From contig NC_057719.1 of assembly GCF_004010195.1 (NCBI RefSeq), positions 78,849,678-78,913,677 of the forward strand: a DNA stretch of 64,000 nt, read 5' to 3'. A model generated the notes under the pieces. That model had not been told where the DNA came from. It did no database searches and saw only the letters and a program-made list of their open reading frames with translations. The stretch's first letter is position 1. Each line of letters starts with the position of its first letter. Positions 13,591-26,730 of this stretch are shown piece by piece. The translations under genes and the position numbers were made by a program. Source of the DNA: Chiloscyllium plagiosum. Its lineage: Eukaryota.

Positions 13591-13939
13591 GTGGAAGCGG
13601 ATAGACTGCAGATGGCAGTGTAACATTAGCAAGGCAGACTGAGAACCTGCACCAGACGCAAAATTAGGACAAAATAGTCCCAATTCATATTTCCCTCCTC
13701 TTAAAAAAAACAAGGCCCGGATTTCCTGGTCTCCACACATTCTGAAATTTCTACACCAAAAGCACTCATTAGGACCCCTCAGAAATGCTGATGCAGGAAT
13801 CACATGCAAATTGTCTTGAAAGTTTACATTTACAACCAGCAATCATCCTGTACCTTTGATAGAGTGTTGAGATTTCCAACTCGCTTGCCTTGATAGCTAG
13901 CCAGACAACGTTACACCATGTCCAACACCTGGGTGACTA

Positions 13940-14215
13940 CATAGTGTCATGGAGATGTACAGCATGGAAACAGACCCTTCGGTCCAACCCGTCCATGCCG
14001 ACCAGATATCCCAACCAAATCTAGTCCCACCTGCCAGCACCCAGCCCATATCACTCCAAACCCTTCCTCTTTATATACCCATCCAAATGCCTTTCAAATA
14101 TTGCAATTGTACCAGCCTCTACCACTTGCTCTGGCAGGTCATTCCATACATGTACCACCCTCTGTGTGAAAAAGCTGCCCCTTAGGTCTTTTTTATATAT
14201 TTCTCCTCTCACCCT
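13940..14215 (-). mobile_element. CR1/HER1-like LINE 3' end
   Basis: catagagtcatagagatgtacagcatggaaacagacccttcggtccaac type terminus shared with 21540, 39815, 51430 and 54030. Confidence 0.85.
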
Positions 14216-15139
14216 TTAACCCACTGCCCAACTCCCTGTTGGAAAGCATTCCAAATCATGTGACTCCCCCAACCTTAAAATCTTCAAATTCACCTCAATC
14301 TGATCTGACAATCCTCTGACTTGATCCAACTACTCTCCTGACTCTCTAACTACCAGTTGCGTCTGGCCTTTCAGTCCTCCTGATGCACCACCGCCACTGT
14401 CCACTCTACCCTAAGTACCCTCAACCCACCACAACTACCTCCACCACACAGAACCCAACAAATCTCTAACTCCCCAGCTATCCTCTTGAGTCATGATTTG
14501 CCCTTGATCTGACTTGACTACCCTTCTGTCCTCAAGACTGCCCCCTTATTGATCCCTGAAATGACCTGAGTACTCCGTGGCCCCACCTAACCCCAGCCCG
14601 ACCTCATTATTACTCCCACAGCTCGACGTAACTACCTCCCATCACCCCCTAATAGCTCCAGATCCAATTGCAGTCCAATCTCAGCCAGCACCACAATGTC
14701 TAACCCCCACAACCCTCCAATTCTCCAGATAACTCCCCCTCCCATCTGACTTGACTTCCCACCAAATACCTCTCGCTCATCAGCCTGACACCATACACAC
14801 CCAGCCAACCTCCTACCGACCCGACCCCCTCAGTCACTCACCTTACACTGTTAACTTCTCTCTTCCACACTGCTCCCTGGTGAAAATCCCTGTGCTTACT
14901 GAGTTCTGCAGAATCCTTAATCTGCCAATGGGCCTGATAAATCGGAGGTAAGTAACTGGAACCTTTTGTCTGCTCTGGGTCGGGGGTAATGGGGACTCTG
15001 ATTTGCATTTCAACCCACATTGGAAGATTTGGACCAAAGTTATTAAACACCTGCAGTTCAGTGATGAATTCAGTTTCATAGAACATGGATGACCCAAAAA
15101 TCATGAAGCAGGAATCCGATACTTGATTGAATCAAACCA

Positions 15140-18100
15140 TTACAAACATGGAGGGAAATTAAGATTAAACAACGAAGCTAGAGTACTTGCATGGAATTAA
15201 GCCTGTGGTTTACACAGGGCTGAGGAAATAACTTGACCCTCTCATCCTTCTTCCTATGAGGCCTTCTGCTCTGAAAAGTAGCCTTTCACTCTATTCAGTA
15301 CCATCACCACCTGCTGCTGCTGGAGATCCTGGTACTATGGCTCCAGCTGCACTACTCAGTGCCTTCCCTCACCATCGCCACCTGCTGCTGGAGGTTTCAT
15401 TGCATATTTCCCGGCTTGAGTCCTGCCTTCCTGGCAACTCCACCAAGGACACAATGCCCATTTCTGTGATTAGCAGGTAATTTGTGTCATCATTGTGTTT
15501 TTAAGGCAAAAACAGATAGATTTTTGCACAGTAAAGGAATTAAGGGTTATGATGAGAGGGTGGATAAGTGGAGCTGAGTCCACAAAAAGAACAGTCATGA
15601 TCTTATGGAATGGCAGAGTAGGCCCGAGGGGCCAGATGGCCTACTCCTGCTCCTAGTTCTTATGTTCTTATCATGGTAAGCATGTTCAGGCCTGCATTTA
15701 TGACATTATTCTCTTCTTGCAGCAGCAATCTGAACAAATGCTAAGGATTGGGGTAAAAGCCACTACTTGCTCAACAAGAACGTCTCAGCCCTTTATCTGA
15801 GGTGATCGATGTAGATCACCCCACACTGGCATCAAGGTTGGTCAGAGCTCACAATGATGAAGGAGCTTCTAAATGAACCTGTTGGACTGTAATCTGGTGT
15901 TGTGTGATTTTTTTAACCTCATCCAAAGATGAGATAGTGTGGAGAATAGTCCAGAGTAGCACCTCAGGTATTATTAGAAGAATAAACCAGCTCCAGAAGG
16001 TATAGATGCCACTTTCATTACTCTCAGGAGGCAAGGTGTGCAGGAATCAAGCAGAGTCTGGCTGAATCATCCACATTGTCCATTATACTTTGGATGGTCA
16101 GGAGTGGTGTGGCTCTTGGTAATGCAAAGTACCCTGTAAAGCTCCTGTAGCAGCTTGCTCTCAAATTTGCTCCTTGACCAATATGAATCCGATATGGGAC
16201 ACCAAAATGGCAAAGCCAATATTCTGGCTATAGTTGAGGTCTTTTGGTCACAGATGAAAATGATTTGTGTGAATTCGGTGAAGACATCCAGGAGTAAGAA
16301 ACATGCTCACTTCCATTCCTACTAGGTTTAAGGACGTGATATCAATTGCAAGGTCCTCTTGCGGTCTCTTGGATACCCTGCTGGGGTGAAATCACTTCTT
16401 TTCTTTGTCCAAAGTATGTGTCTCACTATTTTTACTGTACTCAATCAATACCAGCAGCTATCCTGTGCCAGGAACACTGATATCAGGTTGGGGCAGACAT
16501 TTCTTGCATCATGTGGAGTCCTGCTTGATCACAAGCCACTGTAAACACTTGAACCTTGAGGCTGTTGGGAAGGGTGAGTTGCTTCACATCACTGTTTTTG
16601 TCATGAGCCAGGTTATAGAGGACTCCATACTTCTCCCTGATCATCCTCCACATCCTCAATAGTTTAAATTCCTGTTTGGACTCTCTCATCAGCTAGCATT
16701 ATGTTGGCAGATACTGGCCATTCCAGTAATGGTGTAGTCTACTAATGTCCATGCCAGAAACTGTATGTCTAATCCTTTCTCAAATTAGATGGCAAAGGAG
16801 AAACCACACCTGGCTGTAGCTATCTGGACCTTGTCTGGATCTCACTCATATGATTATTGGTGAATATTAGCAGAAATGTCATAAGGAATCAGGATCGGAA
16901 TGCTGCCTTTGACTTGGGGCATGGGCATGGTGCCAGCCATAGTTCCTCCACTGGGCAGGGTTAAGTTCCCTCTTGTGGTCAGTCTTTTGACAAAGGGCGT
17001 AGGCATTGGCACTACTTTTACCTGATCTGTACCACATCTGGATTCAAATTTACTGCAAGTTCAGAGGTCCATTGAGTCTCTCTTGCTCCAAGCTTGAAAG
17101 CAGTTGAATACGTTGTTATCTGGAAACCTCTGCACTAATCAGAATGTTTCTGAACCTGAGCTTACCATGGAGATAGGACAGCAAGGGCAGGATCTGCATT
17201 CAGCCTCTTTCCTGGTTGTAGGAGTCAAACCTGTTCCATGATCTGTATGACATGATACTGCATGTCAAAGAAAGATAATTGAGTTTGGTCACTATTAAGC
17301 CTCCTCAATTCCATTTAGAGATCCATCTCCCTCACTGCTTCCACTAGCCAATCCTTCAGCTGTCTATCTTTCATTGAAGGTGGGATCCAGGAGGATAATG
17401 TATTTGAAAGATTCCAGGGTTATGAAAACCATGTCCTCCCCTTTGGCTTGCTGTGCTGTGGCTGTGCCAGGCTATTGCTGACCCCCAGAGATCCTTGTCA
17501 GAACCTCAAAGATCCATTGCAGATTTCTTTGAACATCTGTACCTCTGCCTAGTATTTTTGAATGGGCTTCTCCTCATAGACTCATGACTACCACCCACTC
17601 ACTCACATCAGGACTTCTGGATATGCCCTTAATACAGCCTTCAACTTCTGGGTCATCAGGTCTTCAGCATGTATTTGTCCAGCAACCCTCTCATCAGCAA
17701 ATACAATATCAAACCATGAGTACCACTTCCTTCATCCACAGCATCAGCTACGCGAAGCTTGTCATGAGTATAACCTGAAGGTTCCTCTGCCGATGCCTGA
17801 GCTTCTAACAATAGCAAAGCAGAATTCTGCTGCCCCTCATGGAATTTGACAGTTTTAACTCCTCCATCATATACTCAATCTCAACCAGCCATCTTTAAAC
17901 TCATCCACAGTGAAGTCCTGCCAACTACATCAGATTTAGACATACAAAAGGCTTGAACGTCATGAAGTAGAGTTTTTTTTTGTTTAATTCCACTAGCATT
18001 AACAGGTGTCAAGATAAATTAAGGTTAAACACTGTATTTATACGGAGTTATGTTTGTGGCTGAGGAACTTCTTTGATCCTTCTTCTGCTTTCTTACTCCA

Positions 18101-18315
18101 GAGCAAGTTCATTCCACTGGTCCAGTTACCTGCTCGGTGCTTTCCCTCATCTACTGCTGGTCGTTGCTTTACAGGAATGCCCGAGAATGCCCTGGTTTGT
18201 GCCTTCCCACACTGTCGCCTGCTACTGCTGAGGGTTCTGATTCCTGATACCACTGCTCCACCTTCTCTGCTCAGTGCCCTCTGTCAACATCGCCATCTGC
18301 TGCTGGAGGTTCTGT
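15140..18315 (-). mobile_element. Decayed, internally deleted Gypsy LTR retrotransposon with candidate LTRs
   Basis: Frameshifted integrase FGVPYRIH..QGA/FESKLLQELYRVLCITKSHTTPDHPKYNGQCG*FSQTL (~16050-16210). RNase H end KLGARETQWTSELA/YRSGKSSANAYAL (~16990-17100). Diverged direct repeats at ~15140-15420 and ~18000-18315. Confidence 0.7.
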
Positions 18316-18780
18316 CAAAAACAGCCCAAGTAAAACGTGCTCCATGCCACCCTTTCCTAAAAAACAGTAGTTTTACTTTCCTTCTTTCCAACTTTCTGTT
18401 TTCCAATCATTCACACCATACAAATAACTGTGCCCAAAATCTCCAATTTGTCAACAGATTTGTGACTCCTCATATCTCACTGTACAGAACATGTCACTAT
18501 ACTCAGCTCTGCCTATGTGACACATTGTTGAACACACAGTTCTCTCAGTGCTGAATAAACACAGCTCCCTACATTATTTAGCACACACAGTTTTTCCTTA
18601 GCATCACATTGTATGCTACATACCTCCATAAAACAATGCTCAATACATGTAACACTTTGTAACATACTATTCAATGTTGTACATGTGTTGGGTGGGGTTA
18701 ATAATGAGGAGTACCATCCACTATGAAGGTGACATGGACAGAACAAATAGGGATCTCAAACAGGTATGGTTTAACATCTG

Positions 18781-18949
18781 AGTGGAAAAGTGTCGTGCTG
18801 GAAAAGCACCAGGACCAGGAATTCCTGATGAAGGGCTTATGCCCAAAACGTCGATTCTCCTGCTCCTTAGATGCTGCCTGACTGGCTGTGCTTTTCCAGC
18901 ACCACATCTTTCGATGCTGATCTCCAGCATCTGCAGTCCTCACTTTCTC
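18781..18949 (+). mobile_element. Penelope-like short insertion with inverted 5' segment and 15-bp TSD
   Basis: TSD atggt(t/c)taacatctg at 18766-18780 and 18950-18964. Hammerhead-like core CTGATGAagggcttatgcccAAAAcgtc at 18821-18856 with G12 mutated to A. Confidence 0.82.
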
Positions 18950-19299
18950 ATGGTCTAACATCTGCTTTACCTCAAAGTCTCTGTAACCTTGCCTATCAAT
19001 GCAACCTTTCATTAGTTGCTAAGGATTCAGAAAATCAGCGCATCTATAGATAGACATTGACCAGACAGAAGGCAGAAAATCTGTCTCTTTTAAAAGTACA
19101 CAAATGCCTGCAATATCAATTTAATAAGAAAACAAACCACAGTTAACTGCTCCTCATAGCATAGCTGTAAGACTGATTCTGCAGATCGACAAAATGATAC
19201 AACACTGCTGGCAGCACGGAATGTACTAAGCAGGTACACAACTACATCTATGAGGTTTAACCAAGCAAAAGGTAAATTTCAAAAGATATTCAAGTTTTC

Positions 19300-20480
19300 C
19301 ACAATATTAACAACGCGCATCATATTGATAGTATAAGGTGATTGGAAGCTTGGAGGATGACTTCAAAGGCAACTGAATCAATTGCAAGCAGTGTGCTCTG
19401 CTTCATCAGAGTGAGTGTGTTCTGAATCTCATAAATTGTGCTCATACTGAGATTTGTGCATATCACTAACCTGTCACTGCTGGACCATTGGTAGAAGATT
19501 TTGGGAAGCCAACATGAGCTTTTATTTTGCCACAGCAATGTGATTCTACCAATGTTTAGGACTAGTGATCATTATAAGCTATGAGACAATGACTGGTATC
19601 CAAGCCATGGATCTTCACTTGATGAGGTACTTGTCTTTCAAAATGTATCATCGTAACATGTTGGCACTAGCTTCTGTGTTGGATTTTACTTTGAACAAGT
19701 GTCATCTTGCCTTTTCCAGATACGTGATATTAATGGTTAGCAGAAGTTTTTTTGTTGTTGTACTTATTTGATAACTTGATATCTTGGGCTGGTTGCTCGC
19801 ATTCATATGGTGTTCCTCATTCTCCTTAAATTCTCCTTTGGTCTGAGCTCTATCTTTGACAATGCATCACTACAATCAGTAATGACTTCACATAGGCTAG
19901 GTTGATTGGAAAACTAGAAAACTTTGTTGGTATCTAAGTATTCACTCTACCCAGTGAATATTTGGGCTAGTTCTCTCATTGTGTATCCCTTACGTTCTCT
20001 GGTCTTTCAAGAAGAATATCCTGTTTATGAAAATGGTTAGTTGATTGGTGGCTGGGCCAAGTTATTCACCCCTGCCTTCCATGCTAAGTTGTGCGGATGA
20101 TGATTCTCCATTGGCATTGCATGGAAATGCCTTACATGCATGAGTATCCTGATTTGTGACTGGCCAGAACACAGATTGACATCCCAGTTGTCTTGTGAAT
20201 TCGATACAATGTGTTCCCAGTGTAGCATGGACATGATATCCTGATGTAATGTTTTCAGTATTAGGATTTGTTTATCTTTGAAATGAGTTGTCATGATGTA
20301 CCAAGTTCATCTCTGTATGGCCAAAATGACCAAATCATACTGAGAATTGCCACCAAAGCAAGTGGACACCATGAGACAAGGCTGTGAAAACGAAAGTAAG
20401 TGGTAACAAAAGAATGACAAGTCTGAGGTTGCAGATTCAGAGACATTGGAAAGACAGTAATTAAAGTAATAATATTGATC
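19300..20480 (-). mobile_element. Possible highly decayed Gypsy integrase remnant
   Basis: Minus-strand peptides ILKTLHQD and VFWPVTNQD..C..C around 20110-20270 resemble the integrase HHCC region. Confidence 0.35.
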
Positions 20481-21519
20481 AAATTAAAAGCTAAAACTCT
20501 GACGGAGAAATAAAGAGAAATTTTAGTCAGGCCATGAGAAAGGATGGAGATTCTCCACAGGAGTTATAATAAGGTTAGAATCATTTCAGTAAACCATGAG
20601 AAACAAGACACATTCTGTAAAACCATGATGAAGCAGGGAACCATTTATTAGGAATACAGAGTGAGAGAGTCTATTCAGCTCTTAAACTACAAAAAACAAC
20701 ATGAGAAAGTGACTCAGTGATTAGATAGGTACTAAAATTCTTTGTCATTACTGCAAAGCAAAGAAATCACAGAGGCAGAACCTGTGTCCAGCTATTAAAC
20801 ATGAAACGTTATCTGTCACCCGATCGTCACATTCAGAAAGTGGACAGTAAATATACAGCTTCAGAAAAGCAAGAAATCGAATTGCTGCCTGCATGAAAAG
20901 GTCTAGGACAGTTTACAACAGTAGAAAAATATCAAAGTAATCCTAGGAGCAATAAATTATCCAGACCTTATATTTGGCAAACTGATATTTATGTCATGGC
21001 CATCTCACAAGTTTCAAGTTGGACACCAGGGCAAGTGCCACTATTTTATCAGACAGTGAGGTACTGTTAAGAAAGCACTGTCTACAGCCGACAACTGTTC
21101 AATCCCTTGTTCCAATATATAATAGAGAATACCACAGGCACAACTCACAGTCAAGAATTCATACTGTTGAGCAGGAAGACACGTTTTGATCTCAATCTCA
21201 TTCAAAAAGTGGAGGAAGTTAAATTGATAAAACTAAGGAAGCTCCTTTGAGTAGCCTAAATTATTTAAGGGTTAGAGAAGATGAATACTGAGTAGACCGA
21301 TACTGAAAAGAAAGGTGCAAAATCATTATGTCTGTAGACAAACAGGATTCTCCATCCCTTAATGAAGCAGATTGTGGACCAGCAAAAACCAAGAAAATAG
21401 GTGTCATTTCTCCAGACATGTAACCAACTGAACCGTGCTTGGGCATGGTTACTGTACCCTGATGGCACAGTATGAACTGTGTTGACCTTGCATGGTTAAC
21501 AAAGCAGTGGTGACAGAAA

Positions 21520-23315
21520 TCATAGTGTCATAGAATCATAGAGTCATACAGCATGGAAACAGACCCTTAAGTCCAATTCATCCATGCCAAACCAAGTTTA
21601 CCAAACTAAACTAATTCCATTTGCCTGCATTTGATGCGTAGCTCTCTAAACCTTTCCTATCCATGTACCTGCTGAAACGCCTTTGGAATGTTGTAGCTGT
21701 ATCTGCATCTACCTTTTCCTCTGGCAGTTCATTCCACATATGAACTGACCTGTTTGTAAAAAAGTTGCCCCTCAGGTATGTTTTAAATCTTTCTCCTCTA
21801 ACCTTAAAAAAGGTTCTTCCTCGCTGTTATCAGACTTCTGAATGGACCTCTTTAATGTGATTGTTGATACTCTCTCTCTGCACCTTCTCGGTTGCTGTAA
21901 CATTGTACTCTGCACTCTGTTCTGTTACCGTGATGCACTTGTATAGTATAGTCTGCCTGTATAGCAGCATTTTTCACTGTACCTTAGTACACATGACAGT
22001 GATAAATCAAATCAAATGTATTTCCTAGTTTTGAACTCCATCACCCTAAGGAAAAGACCTTTGCTATTCACCTTATCTATGCCCCTCAGGGTTTTATAAA
22101 CCTCTACAAGGTCACCCCTTAATGTCCTACTCTCCAGTGAAAAAAAGTACCACCCTATCCAGACTCTCCTTATAACCCAAACCCTCCAATCCCAGCAACA
22201 TCCTGATAAATGTTTTCTGAACCCTCTAAAATTTAATAAAATCCTTCCTATAGCAGGGCGACCAGACTATACACAGTATTCCAAAAGTGGCCTCATCAAC
22301 TTCCTGTACAACCTCAACATGACTTCCAAACTCATATACTCAATGTTCTGAGCAATGAGGGAAGGTGTGCTAAAAGCCTTCTTAACCACCCCGTCTACAT
22401 GTGATGCAGCTTTCAATGAACTATATACCTCAGCCACTATATACCAAGGTCCCTTTGTTCAACAACATTTCCCAAGGACCTATCGTTAATTGTATAAGTC
22501 CTGCCCTTGTTTGCTTCACCAAAATGCAATACCTTGGCATAGATCCAAATTAACTCCATTTGCCACTCCTCAGCCCATTACCCAATTGATCAAGATCCCT
22601 TTGTAATCTTAGATAATCTTCTTTCCTGTCAACTATACCAACAATTTTGATGTCATCTGCAAATTTACTAACCACGCCTCCTAAATTCTCATCCAAATCA
22701 TTTATATAAATGACAAACAACAGTGGACCCAGCACCAATCCCTGTGGAACACCGCTGGTCACAGGCCTTCAGTCTGAAAACCAACCCTCCACCTTCACCC
22801 TTTGTCTCCTAGCACCAAGTCAGTTTTGTATCCAAATGATAAGCTCTCCCTGAATCCCATATAATCTAACTTTACTAATCAGTCTATCAAGTACAATCTT
22901 GTCAAAGGCTTTACTGAAGTCCATGTAGACAACATCTACATGTCTGTCCTCATCAATCTTTTTGGTTACATCCTCAAAAAACTCCATCAAGTTCATGAGA
23001 CAATTTCCCACATATAAAGCTATGCTGACTATCTCTAATCAGTTTGTGCCTCTCCAAATGCATGTAAATCCTACCTCTCAAAATCCCCTCCAACAACTTA
23101 CCCACCATTGATGTCTGACGCACTGATCTATAGTTCTCAGGCTTCTCCTTCCTGTCTTTCTTAAATAAAGACACAACATTAGCCATCCTCCAGTACCTTA
23201 TCTGTGACTGGAGATGATACAAGTATCTCTACAACTTCTTCCGTAGCTTCCCATAACATCTGGGATACATTTGATCAGGTCCTGGAGATTTATCCACTTT
23301 TATGTTCTTTAAGAC
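21520..23315 (-). mobile_element. CR1/HER1-like LINE (RT and 3' end) inserted in the Gypsy RT
   Basis: ORFs WRMANVVSLFKK, DVVYMDFSKAFDK and [28 protein letters not shown], with (catagagt)n tail. Confidence 0.93.
21811..22017 (+). mobile_element. Rex/Babar-like LINE 3' end nested in CR1
   Basis: ttcttcctcgctgttatcagacttctgaatggacctct...(AAATC)n, homologous to 29170-29400. Confidence 0.75.
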
Positions 23316-26009
23316 GTAAAATTACACCTGAGTTGACAATTGACAAGGCTTAACTAAACTATCCAAAAGTAAAATTTTCAAGAAAACTCAATGTGCGTCG
23401 TGGATTCTGGCAGATACCATTGAATGAGCAATCAAGATTCTTGCTACATTCATATATCTAGTGAAGAGATTTAGTTTCAATAGACTACTATTGGGATCAG
23501 GTTGGCCACAGAAACAGACAATGTCCAATATATCATAAGACCTTCATGGAGTTATACACAATCTGGATACAGTTCATAAGCATGGTCAGGGGTGCATACT
23601 GTTTTACAGTGCTTCCAAACAGAAGAGCTCGAGCTTAATATGTGTGAATTTTCCAAGGAATCTGTTCAGTTTTTGGGATACATTGACAGCAGTGATGGAA
23701 TAGTATTGAATCCTCAGAAGATTGAAGCCATTAAGGAGTCCCCTGTCACAAAGTCAGCCCAAGATCTTCAAAGCGTCTTCAGAATGGTGAAATCATAGCC
23801 AAGTTTTTGACTCACTTGGCAATTATTACATAACCATTGAGACAAGTCCTCAGGAAGATGCAAGGATGGTTTCGGAAATTGCTTGAAGAGAATGCATTTT
23901 AGAAAATCAAGGACATTTCCATCGGTGTGTTAGCATACTATAATCTATCCTTTCCCATCGTCACATTAGCAGATAATTTAGCTACAGGTTTAGGAACACT
24001 GGTCTTCCAGGGGCAACTGGATGAGTGATGCAAACTGATCTATTAGAACGGTTCTTATCATTGGAGAAAACTGATAGCCTGTGATTGAGAAGGCGGCTCT
24101 CTCTCAGTTACTCGAGCTTGGGAGAAATTTTCAGATTATATCTCATCTCTTGAAGTTCATCTGTAAATCTGATATTTTTAGGGAAGACTGCAGATCAAGG
24201 TAAGTGCATCCTCCAGAGCAATGGTTAACTGCTCTACCAGGCATGATAGCGATGATAGTTCCACAAAATCAACTCACGCGCTCAGTGCCCAGTGACAAGC
24301 TGGTCCACAAGCCACAGTCATATTTGGCTTGTGGTTTGTGATATTATGTTGAAGGTTAGCTAGACCGAAGACCCAGCTAATTGGCCATGTAGTATATTTT
24401 GTGAAGCAACAGTACTTACAAATGTGAATGACACGCTAGTGTATGATGAGCAACTTGTCATTCCAGTTTCACTTCAGGAAGTTGCCCAGGAGAATATACA
24501 CAGGGACTCAGTTGGTGGTCAACCAAGTACAGAGCCAGAACCTGGTCAGTCGTGTGGGTGCCTGAGATCACCAATGACATTGAGGATCTTATCACCGACT
24601 GTAAGACCATCCATAGACCAGAGCAATGAGAGCCACTGATTCACAAAGCATTCCCAACCTGACCATGGGAACATGTGACCACAGATCTATTTGGTCCTGA
24701 TGGAAAGTCTCACCTCATTGTTGATTATTTCACCAATGGTTAGAGGTTCAGAAATCGCACACCATGACTACACATATGGTTATCCGATCCTAGTTCACAA
24801 TATTTGAAATATATTGTATTTCTGAGGTGGATATTTTGGACAACATGTCGCAGTCTCCTAATAAGTGCTTCTGCCAATTTGCTGGATTTGAGGATGTTTC
24901 AAACTCGCTGAGATACTTACAGTCGAATGTGGAAGCCAAATGTGAGGTCAGGACTGGTAAGTCACTCTGGAAGAAAAATAGCAACTCCCAATGGCACAGC
25001 CAAATTATAGATCCAACGCACTCCGATGTACAGATAGGCAGCAAGCTAAAGGGTCAGCTCCCCATTCTACCAAAGAGGTTGACTCCACAATTATGCCTCT
25101 AGGATATTCAGGACATATATAACAAAGAGCAGTCCAACGGGTGCACAACAGGGCATACACTAAAACAGGCACTATTATGTTGGATGGTTGTCACATTTAG
25201 GACAACAGCAACAGATATGGATCAGGGATCTGAACAGAAAAAGTACAGTCATCCAAGGAGCTGCAGGCCAGCAGAGATTGTATATTATTTGTACGGTTGA
25301 GAAGGTCCCATGAGGGAACTGCAGCAACCTTAGCCCATTATGGATTAATCCTTAACCACTGATCAGCTGGGCCAAATCCAACAGGAAACTCAATAATTCA
25401 AGAGATCTCTAAACCATAGATGTCAGGAAGAGATTAGCCAGGAATGGTCTTCCAACCAGCAAACGGTTAGCCCTCCAAGGCCAAACAGAATGCATTCTGG
25501 GAGAACACTGAAACCCCCCAGATTGACTGAATTTGAAATGTCAGCAAGCTGAGGGAAGATGGTGTAACCGTAAATGTTAAAATATACACAAATGTATAAT
25601 ATAAATAATGAGAAAAATGTTGGAGGGGATGAGGCACTGTACTCGAGTCGCAAAGCATTAATACAGAGGGGTATCTTAAATACCATTCACTATGAGGATA
25701 CTGCACAGACATGAGGGAACTACGACTTAGGATCTGGAAGAAATAAGAGCTGACATAGTGACCTCCTCAAAGTCTCTCAACAACTGTCTATCAAATAAAT
25801 ACAACCTGTCATTAGTTACTAATATATAAAAAAAGTATACTGTTAACTCCAAGAAACTCTCCTGGAAAGAGCAGGAAGTAATTTTCCTTTATCACATGAG
25901 TCCAAGCAGACCCTGTAGTTTCATACTTAAAGAGGATGGTGGCAACCTCTGGAAGCAGAGGAAACAAAATCAGTTGAGAAACTAAGGCGAATGACCAAAC
26001 AGAGACAAA

Positions 26010-26607
26010 TAGGGATGCAATAATCATATTCCAGCAGTAGGGATCAGGCATTTCTTCTCTGTACATTTTTAACAGAACAGAACCTGCCCAAATAGCAGCA
26101 CATACGGTGTGGTGACTTAGCATGTGCATGCCAACATGCAGAATGCACAGCTCTCTATCGCATACACTGTTCATTACATCCAGCTCTCTCTGTGTAACTC
26201 CCTGTTCAGTACACATTATCTGTCTTTCTCTGTAACACAATGTGAAGTGCACATCGTTCTCCCATACACTGTTCAATACACATTTCCTCCTCAGCAACAC
26301 CCTTTTCCTTCTGTAATATCATGTTGAGTATGCACAACTGTCTGTCTGTAACAATGTTGAGTATACACAGCTCTCTTTAAATAATGCAATGTTCAGTATG
26401 CATCTCACTCTGTAGCACAACATTTAGCGCACACTGCTCTCCCTTATCAGTTTGCAATGTTCCTTCTGCAACGTAGTGTTTAATGCATTGAGTCGCGACA
26501 AGGTCCATCCTGTTCCAACAGTGCTGCCATTTGGGCAGGTTCTGTTAAAAATGTACAGAGAAGAAATGCCTGACCCCTACTGCTGGAATATGATTATTGC
26601 ATCCCTA
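26010..26607. repeat. ~90-bp inverted duplication flanking a 420-bp degenerate tandem-repeat segment
   Basis: 26010-26101 is the reverse complement of 26521-26607 apart from 2 substitutions and a 5-bp indel. Confidence 0.9.
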
Positions 26608-26730
26608 ATTGCCCCTGCTTGGTGATTAGATTAGATTGGAGAAAGTGAGGTCTGCAGATGCTGGAGATCAGAGCTGAAAATGTGTTGCTGGAAAAGCGCA
26701 GCAGGTCAGGCAGCATCCAGGGAACAGGAG

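Larger units (their letters stand above)
20500..25630 (+). mobile_element. Decayed Gypsy LTR retrotransposon internal region (RT, RNase H, integrase), split by CR1
   Basis: RT N-terminus GVISP..GMVTVP..CVDL..NKAV (21400-21510). After the CR1: GFWQIPLNEQSR, ESVQFLGYIDSSDGIVLNPQKIEAIKE, LVYDEQLVIPVSLQ and PWEHVTTDLF. PPT-like tggagggg at ~25621. Confidence 0.8.

Noticed and set aside
14220..14850. C-rich tract as a proline-rich exon
   Set aside because: No long open frame or splice support. It looks like low-complexity sequence.
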